In this document: one piece after another, positions 37,398-48,479 of the stretch
Numbering within the stretch: the stretch's first letter is position 1
How the letters are laid out: every line of letters begins with the position of its first letter
Assembly: GCA_965644295.1 (NCBI GenBank)
Contig: CBFFRP010000342.1
Location: 62,001-126,000, forward strand
Length of the DNA stretch: 64,000 bases
Origin: Paraphysomonas bandaiensis
Taxonomy: Eukaryota > Protista > Chrysophyceae
Direction of reading: 5' to 3'
Program-made: the position numbers and the translations under genes
Notes under the pieces: model-generated
Seen by the model: only the letters and a program-made list of their open reading frames with translations
Database searches by the model: none
What the model was told of the DNA's origin: nothing

Positions 37398-40300
37398 CTA
37401 AGATTCATACTCCAGAATGACTTGGTCAGTCTTGAGATTCGCCCCAGCCTTGCAGGAAACAGACTTGATCACGGCATTCTTCGTAGCGCGAAGAATGTTC
37501 TACACAAATCATAGTTGAATATATATCAGCAGCATAGACAGGTATATAGGTACCTGCATTTTCATGGCCTCGACCACAGCAAGCTCTTGTCCCTCTACCA
37601 CATGCTGACCAGGCTCCACATCTACAATAATATCAAATCACACAGAATCATACATTTGCAAATCACCACAGTTCACCGATCACGACAAATACGATAGTAT
37701 ATATACAAACAGAGATCTACAAGTGCACAAAATACATGTACACTACTTACCAACGGACACCAGTGTTCCGGGCATAGGGCAGCGGAGCATATTGGAAAAG
37801 TCCTTTTTCTCTGGGGGGCGCATGTGGGCACTCATCTCATGCTCCAATTCTGTGCGAATCAACACTTCCTGTTGGCTACCCTTGTATCGTAACCTATATC
37901 CCTCTACGGTCTTCGCTTCAATTTGAAGTACCTGCATATCATACGACCTTCAATAAAACTATACATATAAAATAATGTATAGAGCAGCTAAACATGACAA
38001 ATATATATCGTATACAATAGTATTCAAAGTGTAACATCAGAACTAGACGACTTTCCACAATTTGTAGATTATTGGTAATAAAGGATGCTCTTTAAAACTT
38101 GAGTAATTACAACCCACCTCAACTGCGGTGTCCTTAAGTTCCGAGTCAGGGTCAGTCTCCATTCCGAATTCAGAGCCATTCGCGAGGTACTCGTTGCTTA
38201 CAGTGACAGGACCATCTGGGATCTCCTTATCAAGGAACACACGGGCAAAACGAGCCCCTGGAGAGTAATCCAGACCCATCACAGTGAGAGATCCGCCACC
38301 CGCAGCTCCCTATAGAGCGACGTGTTAAAACAATAGTTATGAAGAGTTAAAGCACACCTCTTTCATCGGGGTGACGTCAATATCCATGTACCCCCCTTCC
38401 TCCTGTCCAATAGTAACTCTGTAAGGCACACCCTCCTGACCGCCAAGAACAGCAACGAATGTCTGCTCTTTAATCTCCTCGACCATATCATTACCAGAAC
38501 GAACTAGCAACCTGATGTACGTGTAAATCAACGATTAAATAATCGCGTATAAATTTATATATACATATGCACTTGGTTGCTTATCCAACACTCTGCAATC
38601 CAAGGATGTAAATATCGGATGCGTATACTCACGTTGCATGGTGCATAGCGGCGGCTGTGGCCACAAGCTCTGTGGTCTCCTCAGGGTTCAAGTCCACACC
38701 ATGAAAGCCAGTGGGGTACTCAAGACCAATGAACTTAGTACCGTAAGTACCATTTCGGAAACTATAAAATAGAGAGTGACCGTTAGAAGTGACCACATGT
38801 TGACACAGCAGAAGAACAGGTTACAATAAAAAGTATTCAAAACGACTCCACGTTATCTAGCGAGGCACATCGAGAATATAGGTACACACGTACCTTTCAT
38901 TCCTCATGATTGACTGAAGGAAACACATATTGTTGCCAAGACCATCCACCACATAGCGGGAGAGCGCCGCATCCATGAGAGCAATTGCTGTAGGTCTATA
39001 TATACATGGTCATATTTTTACTTTCAAGATAAGGTGCAACATGTAGACAACGACTACAAAGTGTAATAGGACAATAACTATTCAAGACACACCAATCATA
39101 TATATTCTAAGGTAGTTGCTATCCATTCTATACATGTACCTGTCATTGGCTCTTGTGCACAGTTTGGCAATCATAGGATCGTAGTACATTGAGATCACTC
39201 CACCCTCAAACACACCTGAGATTGAAACACATTAAAATGTCAAAGAGTCCATCGTAGTTCATAATTATAAATACAAAAATTCATATGCAATAGTGCGTTT
39301 AGATGCAACACGCACCGGTATCAATGCGGACAACATTGCCCTCGTGATCGAGGGCAGGGGGTTCGACGTATGTGTTAAGAGGTCCTACGCAAGAGAAGCA
39401 CCATTACATCAGACTTTATAAAAAGCACTGCAGGCGCGTACCGATAGAGGGTAAAAAGTTTCTAAGGGGATCTTCTGCGTAGACTCTGCTCTCAATGGCC
39501 CATCTATTTCAACAACATTAACACCCGGTGCCTTGACACTGCAAACGAGACTCACCCATTAAAAGGCACGTGAGGAGAATCCAAGAATCTTTGAGGAAGT
39601 TTCTCGCCAGCTGCAACTCGTATCATGAGCTCCACTAAATCCTCCCCAGATATCATCTCAGTGATCGGGTGCTCAACCTATTAATACATAAAATCATCTA
39701 CGAGCTAGATTTACGTATAGCGCACAAAGCAGAGGTGATTGCGCACGTCAATCCAATTATATAACGAAGAACCACAAAAGCTTCAGTGTTATGAACGCAT
39801 GAATATCACACACCTGCAGACGTGTGTTCATCTCAAGGAAGTAAAAGTTCTTGTTGTTGTCGCAGAGCATCTCGATGGTACCAGCAGAGCGATATCCCAC
39901 AGCTTTGCAGAGAGCAATGGCCTGGTTTTGCATATTCTTACGCGTCTCAGGATCAATGAGGCAAGATGGGGCCTCCTCAACTACTTTCTGGTTGCGCCTC
40001 TGAACGGAGCACTCCCTGAACACATTTTAACAACACGTTACACTCAAAATAATGAAATTTACAACTACCGCAAAGGCTTAAGCTTTCGTAAGAATAATAG
40101 TATTCGTATATGTGTATTTACTAGACTACAGAAAACTTCACCTTTCCGGGAAAGCTGCAACATTTCCATGGGCATCAGCAATGACTTGGATCTCAATGTG
40201 ATGAGGGTCTTCAATAAATCTCTCAATCAACATACGATCGTCACCGAAAGAACTCATGGCCTCGTTCTTGCATAAGCTGAAGGCTTCATGGACCTCGGCG

Positions 40301-40999
40301 TCATTGTACGCAACGCGCATACCTTTACCCCCTCCGCCTGCGGAAGCCTTGATCATAACCGGGTAGCCAATCTCCTTGGCCAGTTGGACAGCTCGAGTTT
40401 CGTTCTCCACCTCACCCTCAAACCCCGGGATCACAAAGCAATTAGCATCCTTGGCGATTTTTTTGCTGTTAATCTTGTCACCCATGGCGTTCATGGGAAA
40501 GCTACTGGGGCCAATAAATTTGATTCCTTTGCTCTCAACCATGTCCACAAATTTGGCGTTCTCAGACAAGAAGCCATACCCTATTCAATGGCAATATTGT
40601 AACATAAGAAGAACAATTAAAGACTGGTGTGCACCTGGATGAATCGCTTGAGCACCACTTTTCAAAGCAACGTCTAGGATTCTATTCATCTGAAGATAAC
40701 TATCCTGGGACTTGGGTCCACCAACACAGTATGCTTCATCAGCCATTCTGACATGCATACTACGTGCATCTGCTTCAGAGTATATCGCCACAGTCTTAAT
40801 GCCCATACGTTTAGCTGTCCGCATAACTCTGCAGGCAATCTATACACAGTTTATATATATAAATATACAGATAATCACGTACCTCTCCTCTGTTGGCAAT
40901 AAGAATCTTGTCAAATAGAGATTTTTGGACATTACCAGACATACATCTGCTGGTCGATAGAATAGACTTAAACACTCGATTGGTGGAGAAACGCAGCAT
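37398..40999 (-). CDS. PCCA: Propionyl-CoA carboxylase alpha chain, mitochondrial (intact copy, about 15 exons)
   Basis: Presequence-like [12 protein letters not shown]; [55 protein letters not shown]; biotin motif EAMKM; ends ...VILEYES*. All introns I traced are GT-AG. Confidence 0.92.
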
Positions 41000-41159
41000 C
41001 TCTGCTTTAGGTTATGAAGGGGGTAAGTCTATAGGATAGGAATATGGGGTTAGATGAAGTGGTTCTGGGGTAGGAGTGGATTCTTACCTTAAAGGAAATA
41101 TTATGATCGTGTGTCAGGGTTATGTATGGAAATATACGTACATGCCGTGTATACGAAGA

Positions 41160-41310
41160 CATCATACACACCCACCACACACACACACACACACCCCTGC
41201 TGTATACCTACCTATACACACAGCAGTACATGTACATATACACATCATACACACCCACCACACACACACACACACACCCCTGCTGTATACCTATACATAC
41301 AGCAGTACAT
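41160..41310. repeat. Short local duplication with (CA)n upstream of PCCA
   Basis: catcatacacacccacc(ac)n-ccctgctgtataccta occurs twice in near-tandem. Confidence 0.8.
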
Positions 41311-41559
41311 AATATAGTACGTAGTAACCATTGTGCACATCACACCACACACTTGTTGGCAGCACCACATGGCATGCTCTGTACATAATACAGCACTACA
41401 TGTACAGTGCATACTATAGAATTTATACATAAATTGGGGGGTTTATACACAAATTGGGGTTTTTAAGCAAAAAAGCCCTTACCAAGCTAAATTCGGTCAC
41501 TATACTATATACTGTACCACAGCTACCTCCAAGAGTCATCAGTCAGCATCTTATGTTTT

Positions 41560-41686
41560 CGGAAATATATTGAAGCAAAAATCTTCTATATTACTGCAGT
41601 ACAACTACGGCTAGAATACACATAATTGTTGTCTCAATATAGAGGCATCTCTGAACAAAAATATACATCCAAAGGATGCCGATACG
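41560..41686. repeat. Dispersed ~125-bp repeat, copy 2
   Basis: Matches 27055-27178 with scattered substitutions and small indels. Confidence 0.85.
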
Positions 41687-41714
41687 GTCTAGATACTGTA
41701 TGTGATGATCCTCC

Positions 41715-41879
41715 CTGCCCTTGTACGGCTATAGATACAGTGATACCAGGGTGATCGTATGATATATATGGTATAGGAGATATTGAGGGAACTGTACGAC
41801 CGTTAAGATAGAGAGAAGGGTGAGAAGGAGGGATGAATGTGGTGGATAGAATAGTAGGAAGGAATAAGAGCAGGAGCAT
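41715..41879 (-). pseudogene. Signal peptide plus N-terminal fragment resembling CE2/SGNH esterases
   Basis: MLLLLFLPTILST-TFIPPSHPSLYLNGRT...ISYDHPGITVSIAVQG recalls the CE2 N-terminal 'P.I.Y.GR...F.WPG' pattern. The frame then runs into the dispersed repeat. Confidence 0.35.
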
Positions 41880-43065
41880 GAGTGTGTGTGTAGTTTATTG
41901 TATGATGATGCTATGAGACAACCAGACTCTGCAGAGGTTTATTTGTCCACATGTTTTATAGAAACGCATTGTAATTTTATACACACGTCAAACGAGATCT
42001 TGCTAGTAAGGGCGAAGAGCTCGATACATTGAGAGATGCAGTTCACACCGAGAAAGTTAAAAGGAAGAAACTAAAGAAATTATTAGCCAGATATGCGTAG
42101 CCGTAGTTAATTGAATCTTTGGTCCTTGTGAAGTTGTAATATACCTTCAGCAACAGCGGCAAGAAGAGGCCTCTATGGCCCAATAGCAAATGATGATGAC
42201 TTTCATGATGATGTCTCTAGTAAAGAAAGGAGAAAGTAGTGATAAATAATAAGTGATTTTCAGCTTATAACAGTTTAAGTTAGCAAATTACTGGTTATTA
42301 CATTATATAGCGCATATATTTATGCTTACAAAAAAGTATTACGAATCTGACATACCAGTGGTACGAACACGATAGTAATATATAATCTATGAATACAAGC
42401 TAGTCTAGTAGCACGAGTTACTTGGTTAAAAGGCAATGGCAGCAATAGACGCATGTATACCTTCTCTACGGCACCCATGCCCCACTCACAAGCTTGTCGT
42501 AAGGAAGTAATTTTTCTGCTACGACGTAGCAGAACAGGCCTAGCTAAGGGGTGTGCTTTCTCATTAAAGAGTCATTATGCGGTCAAAACATTTTCCAGAA
42601 ACAGGAAATGCTGAATCGGATACCACTCCATGACCCTCTAAACAGAACTCATCTCGGTATATTTTTTTCTGGGATGCTCTTGACATCTCTCCATCATTCC
42701 AGGAGCCTACGAAATTATGTTTGCCCCAACATATGCATCCACTTACATCGAAACATAGACATCCTGTTACCAGAGTAGCACGTACATTGTACATTGCATA
42801 TTCTGCATTTCGGGACAAATTAACATTAAAATACTCGTAGAATATAGCTTTCATTCAAAAGTCCCAAATTTGAACATTTTCCCCACGTTTGTCTTAAGGT
42901 TGCCTCACTACAAGTTTAGCCTTAAGAGAGATCATAGTGCCGCAGAAGATAAAGAAGTCGACGCTGAAACAAAATAAAGACGACGATGCTGAATTTATAT
43001 CTCTATCGAAGCCAAAGCTCCCCGAGAAATGACACATACATTGCAAATAGAAACTATGTGTTAAA

Positions 43066-44760
43066 TTAAACTGTCCTTTCGGAAAAAAGGACAACCGCTA
43101 ACAGTTCTCTAAACGTAGAGTCTATCATACCTTTCTGGTTGCTGGCCAAGTGTTGCCATTGCGTTGAATATTTATCCTTCTCCAAGGAAAGCACCGCAAG
43201 GTAGAGGCGATCATGCTCAACTCCAAAATGTAAATTCTCGCGCCCAATATACTCAATTAGTGCACTGTTAACATTTTCCACGAATTTTTCTTCGTCAAGG
43301 CAATGAGATGCATCCCAGTCAATAATTTTAATCTCGACCACACCAGCGTCTTCATTATGTAGCCACATAACATTTGACAGGTAGAGGTCCACATGAATCA
43401 CCCCGGCTCTGTGAATGCTCTCAACCACTTCAGTCAAGGCTTTCACATATAAATCATAAACAGCTTCGTTTGTGATTCGATTTGGGGCTCCAATCCGGAA
43501 ACCAAGCTTCGTCAGGTCTCTGTATATAAGCTGATAACACCCATCAGACGCGTTATCAGGTGTACGAATAGACAACGGATACTCCGCGAAGGGGCGAGAC
43601 TCGGGAGATGCGTACACCAGGTTAAGAGATTCGATCATGTGGTGAATGCCCTTCTCTATGTCACGATGATCTGCATGGTTCACGGCAAACAAACCCAGCC
43701 CACGTTTATATACATCAGGAGACAACGTCTTAATATAGTATGCACCATCAACATCAAGCCGAAGGGGTGCAAGCACAACACTTGAAGGTTTAATGTTCTG
43801 AAGTAATTCGTAGAGTTTCTCGCAGTGTGCACTAGCTTTCGCGATATAGGCGGAGGCAATCTGCCTCTCCACAGGATCCGAGAGGTCTAAGTGTTTGCTG
43901 AGGGGGATATACGTCGGGAAGGACTCGTCCAGTACAATAGTCACTCCGGCAACAAATGATAAACCGGTATTTCCAATGACTGGAACTAAGCATTCACTAC
44001 TCGGAACGCCATCGCTTAACAATTTCATTGCAATATTAGTTGCAGTTACTGCAGCTTGCGCCACTGCGGGCATCGCGGACGATGCTGCGCTTTTATGTTC
44101 AATGTCAGACAAGATATATTTCCCAAAGCAATGATGAGAATCTTCGTAAGAGGCGGGGGCAGCAATACCATCAGAAAGTCCCCGGGAGCTCAGCTGTGTT
44201 TGTCCATTGTCCTGAACGCCTTTATACATACACTCCACAGCTGAAAATTGCTGATGCACTCCACCGGATTCACTTTCACCCCATGTTTGCAGTCCCATTT
44301 TCTCTCCATAGAGTCTTAGCCGAGGGGCTTGTGACACTTCTTCATCAGTTGGAACCAGACGACAATGTAAACTATGCTCTAACTTGTAATAAGTGGGGTC
44401 AAATCTAACTGATGTGGGCAGAAAGCCAAATCCACTTGGCGCAATGCTACAAAACGTAGAAGAAGTTTTTTGGCATTTTTCGGTCACTTCCACATTCTTG
44501 GAGATACGTAACGAAGATAGAGGGATTTGGATACTGATATCTGCCAGTCTGTTTTCCTTCTTCTGGAGTTCCAGAATATGTCCCTGGATATTCGAAATAT
44601 GTTCTTCCAGTTTATCTCTTCGTTTGATATCACCATCTTCTATCGCTTCATCGAGATGAGCTTCAGCTTTATCGAGACGAGCTTCAGCTTTCCTGAGACG
44701 GGCTTTGGTTTCATTGATCTCTTCCTCGACAGCATCGAGTTCGTTCTTCGGATTGTTCAT
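43066..44760 (-). CDS. Intronless coiled-coil + PD-(D/E)xK-like + protein-kinase-fold protein (Crinkler/CR-effector-like)
   Basis: Residues 1-75 form a coiled coil. LSDGIA...SDIEHK followed by helix AVAQAA. Kinase motifs YYIK, IHRAGVIHVDLYLSNVMW, IKIIDWD. Confidence 0.7.
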   Translation of the reverse strand: MNNPKNELDAVEEEINETKARLRKAEARLDKAEAHLDEAIEDGDIKRRDKLEEHISNIQGHILELQKKENRLADISIQIPLSSLRISKNVEVTEKCQKTSSTFCSIAPSGFGFLPTSVRFDPTYYKLEHSLHCRLVPTDEEVSQAPRLRLYGEKMGLQTWGESESGGVHQQFSAVECMYKGVQDNGQTQLSSRGLSDGIAAPASYEDSHHCFGKYILSDIEHKSAASSAMPAVAQAAVTATNIAMKLLSDGVPSSECLVPVIGNTGLSFVAGVTIVLDESFPTYIPLSKHLDLSDPVERQIASAYIAKASAHCEKLYELLQNIKPSSVVLAPLRLDVDGAYYIKTLSPDVYKRGLGLFAVNHADHRDIEKGIHHMIESLNLVYASPESRPFAEYPLSIRTPDNASDGCYQLIYRDLTKLGFRIGAPNRITNEAVYDLYVKALTEVVESIHRAGVIHVDLYLSNVMWLHNEDAGVVEIKIIDWDASHCLDEEKFVENVNSALIEYIGRENLHFGVEHDRLYLAVLSLEKDKYSTQWQHLASNQKGMIDSTFRELLAVVLFSERTV

Positions 44761-45472
44761 CTTAACTTTCTATGGAGCTGAAGATTGTCGGGTTGAGCAG
44801 CCCTCCGGCTGACAAAGACACACACACACACACACACACAGGCTTCCACTTCCTTCTTATCATCTCGATTCAAAAAATCCATCCGGGAATTCCTACCTAC
44901 CGTACCGTATTCAATCATATGTAGGCCAAGTAACACTACCTCTACATACACACCCGTATGTACACCCCTCATATGTAGACCTGTACATACCTTATAGATT
45001 CAGGTTATTCCTTATAGAGATTCAGTAACATTTTTTTGTACCTGGAAATGTTACTAGAAAACTGGTTTTTATAGATTCAGTAATACTGTAATACTGTAAC
45101 TGGAATACCCATTGGAAAGAACTGCTGATGATGATGTGTACATGTTTGGGATGTCTGCTGCTGGTGAGTGTAAAAATCATCAGTCCAGTCCAATCGAGTC
45201 CAATTTTTGGTACACTCTTTTTTTTTTGTAAAATTCATTTTTTTTTGAGGAAAAAAAAATTAATGGTAGAATGGTGGTACATATTCATGTATTTTTAGAT
45301 GGGACAAAATATTTTGTTGTGTGAAAAAAAATTATTTGGTTATACGGTCGTAGTCCACAGTATGAGTGCGTCCAATATAAGGATCCACTGCACTGCACTG
45401 CACTGCATGCATATGCATGATCTGACTGTGCATAGATCCATAACTCTATTAAACAACTTATCGATCAATACA

Positions 45473-46387
45473 ATGAATAAAGAGTCATCATCTGCACCTA
45501 ACAAGGGTAAGAAACACAAGATGTCATATAGGAAACGTCATTCCAAATCACATTCGAAGGATTATTCATCTGAATGGCTGCATGCGTTGCAGTCTATAGA
45601 TATCACACGATCACAAGTCCATCTCATGCTAACTGCTATTGATAAACTTAATATGAAGTATCCTCCACGCATCCTCCCTCCCATTGAACAGATCAATGCA
45701 TCTTCTTCTCCCACTCATACTCATGCAGCATATGAATCATATGAATCGAATACATTCAATGCACTGAATATACGAAACAGTGACAGTGAAGATGAGAGTG
45801 ATAATAATGATATAAACGAACATGTTATCAGTGAGAAGAACACACATAAGAGTATACAAGTCCGTTATTTGAGAGTTAAAATTATATGCCGTCTTGTGGA
45901 ATGTATACGACAAGAAGCGATGGATGCACAGCGAAGGAAAGATTATAATAATATGAAACTCCTGTGGGAGGAAGCTTGGCAAACGCTATTTCAGTGCCAA
46001 GTGTCGATTGATGAGTGGTATGCTTTAATGACTGCTCACGAGTCTTCAAGACATATTCTTCCTAAGAAGCACGACAAAATCCAATTGAAAGAATTATTTA
46101 CAGGCTTGGATCTGCTAGTTGAGGACTCAGAAAGACACAGACACATTGCGATATCCTTTCTGACGAAGCGACGACAATTCGTCTTAGAGAAACTCTATCC
46201 TATGTTGAAAGAACGTGATGAAGTGAAGCAGAGCATTGGAGAGGAGAACTGGAAGAGAAACCCAGCGCCTCAGCAAACGTATGCCGAGCGGCGGAGGCAG
46301 TGGGAAGCTGAGTTACGTATCATCAATGAAGCGCTTGTATCTATTCAAGTGCTAGATTTTGACACACTTCTTCCTTCTTCCGCTTAA
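45473..46387 (+). CDS. Hypothetical helical/coiled-coil protein
   Basis: Long ORF with probable start MNKESSS at 45473; upstream codons of the ORF are promoter-like low complexity. Basic N-terminus. Confidence 0.65.
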   Translation: MNKESSSAPNKGKKHKMSYRKRHSKSHSKDYSSEWLHALQSIDITRSQVHLMLTAIDKLNMKYPPRILPPIEQINASSSPTHTHAAYESYESNTFNALNIRNSDSEDESDNNDINEHVISEKNTHKSIQVRYLRVKIICRLVECIRQEAMDAQRRKDYNNMKLLWEEAWQTLFQCQVSIDEWYALMTAHESSRHILPKKHDKIQLKELFTGLDLLVEDSERHRHIAISFLTKRRQFVLEKLYPMLKERDEVKQSIGEENWKRNPAPQQTYAERRRQWEAELRIINEALVSIQVLDFDTLLPSSA

Positions 46388-47491
46388 GAATTATAATATC
46401 GTCACTGCAATGTGTTATTCATTGTTTCCCTTCGTGTGGAGAGTATGCGAAGGAGTGGATAGAATATGAATGTACTGATCGTGCACCTACTCTGGATAAT
46501 TGTTGTACAATTGAGATCTTGTAAGCGATATGGTAAACATGATTACCATGTTACATTAATGTAATAAGTAATTAATTAAGTAATTAAGCACTAAATTATT
46601 CAAAGCCGCTGCTAACTTTAGTTAAGTTAATACGTTATGATTTTAACTATTCTAACAGAATCGATAGAGGCATATATTCTGTAGAAAAAGTAACTGGTAA
46701 ATGATGTGTCATTTGAATGTACATAGAATAATTAGATTGCTGTACTCAAGCACCAAGCACAGCCTACCAGTTGTTGCCGATACAATAATATACCTATTCC
46801 ATTCTGGGGGGCAAGTACCGGAGATATTTCTCGGGAAACTGACGTGAGCCGCATATATATAGTCAGCAGATAATATTCTGCCCAGTCATAGCCAAATGCT
46901 TGTGAGGTACAAGGGACACTTATAAGTGTCACTTGTGTAGACATCTTTGAGCCTTATCGAATAACCAGGCATCCGGGAATGGGCCCACCTCAAGGCATCC
47001 TAAGTATTGGGCTGTTCACCTTAAGAACTCAAAACTTCTGAAGTAAGCAGATGATAGGTCCGAACGTGGATCCGGATAGGCAGTATCCAACTGTGAGACT
47101 GATCCATATCAGCACCAGCGAAAAAACCGCAGATATATTAGGTAGTTTTTTCCCCTGACATGTGAGATGAGTGGTAGATAGGTAAATACATGATGATACA
47201 TTCTTGTATTAAGTGGGAGTGTTAAAATTTGCACAATATATATATTGTAGTTTAAAGTAATGATATAATATAGTGATGCAACTGTCAGACAATTTAGAGC
47301 ATATGTATTGAGCTTTATAAGAGATGAACTAATTTTTTGTAATATCATAATCTAGCTATAGTTATTTTTTGAATAAATTAGTATCATAAGTTTTATCAAA
47401 ATCGAACAAAGTACTCGTTTTTATTATAGTATCTGTATGTAGTATATAGCATATTCTGTAAGTAGTTATGAAATAAGTCTTATCCGTAGAG

Positions 47492-47625
47492 CAGGGCTGC
47501 GTAGCAATTAATTGAATTGCAATTAATTGTAATTGCAATTAAATTGCATGGAACATACATAATAATTTCAATTATAATTGCTCGATCGAAGGTTGCAATT
47601 AAATTGCATTTAAAAGGCAATTATT
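47492..47625. mobile_element. Possible single hAT-like transposon terminus
   Basis: CAGGGCTG followed by a cluster of AATTGCAATT-type palindromic repeats. No partner TIR found. Confidence 0.3.
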
Positions 47626-48479
47626 TACTATATGTATTAGGACATAATATTAGAATTAGAACTTGGAAAACATTAAGGTCAATAGCCATTTATTGCCCTT
47701 GTAATGGCCATCACCCTTAATGGCTGTTATAACGGCTATTCACATGATGGGATGAGGTTGTCCTCTCATTATAAATATCTTTACATTAAGAGAAGTACTG
47801 TGTTCTTTTTGTACGGTCGAATATGTGTCTTTACTCTTGACCTTGAGCCACAAGACTAAGTTCAGCTCGATCCATAGCGTATTACCCGTCTAGTTTGAAG
47901 ATATATATTAATAAGTAGTGTGGTAATCATCTTCTTACCGATCCTGGACTGTCATACAAGACACAAGGCACTGCAGGATTCAAGTGCACTGCTAACTGAT
48001 GTGCAGCGGTATGAACATGGATTATCAGGGCTTTTTCTGTTTTATGCAGTCGAAATACCGGATATTCAGAGTTTTGGTCATGTAATATACATGAAATTCC
48101 CTAGTACAAGCCATCACCTTGGTGTGGATGCGGACATAATATGAATTAGTAACCAACAAAACGTTATATTCACGTATTATTGTGCGTTGCATCGCTCTGT
48201 AGATAATATAGTACATTTACACTATGCATACCACTTTCCAACAGAGCAATATATCTACAAGAAGTAGTGTTTGCATGTTTGTTATGTTCCTATATTGTGA
48301 TATTCGCGAATAGTTTGATGTCCATAAAATCTAAACAACTCACTATATAAAAGCAGCGCACAAATAACAGAGTAGTTAGATTACCAAGAACCATCACATT
48401 TATATTTAATAGCAGTTAGCAATCGCAAAATGTGATATAAATAATACCCATACAAATTGATGTGGATACTCAGCATTAG

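Noticed and set aside
30236-38439. The 1,378-bp repeats as LTRs of a larger element or as 3' transduction
   Set aside because: They contain intron-bearing PCCA exons continuous with host sequence on both outer sides. The PBS and PPT define the real ~290-bp LTRs.
46740-47130. GC-richer island with a short hairpin (acaagggacacttataagtgtcacttgt), possible ncRNA or TE fragment
   Set aside because: All frames I tried are interrupted and no RNA family or element motif was recognisable.
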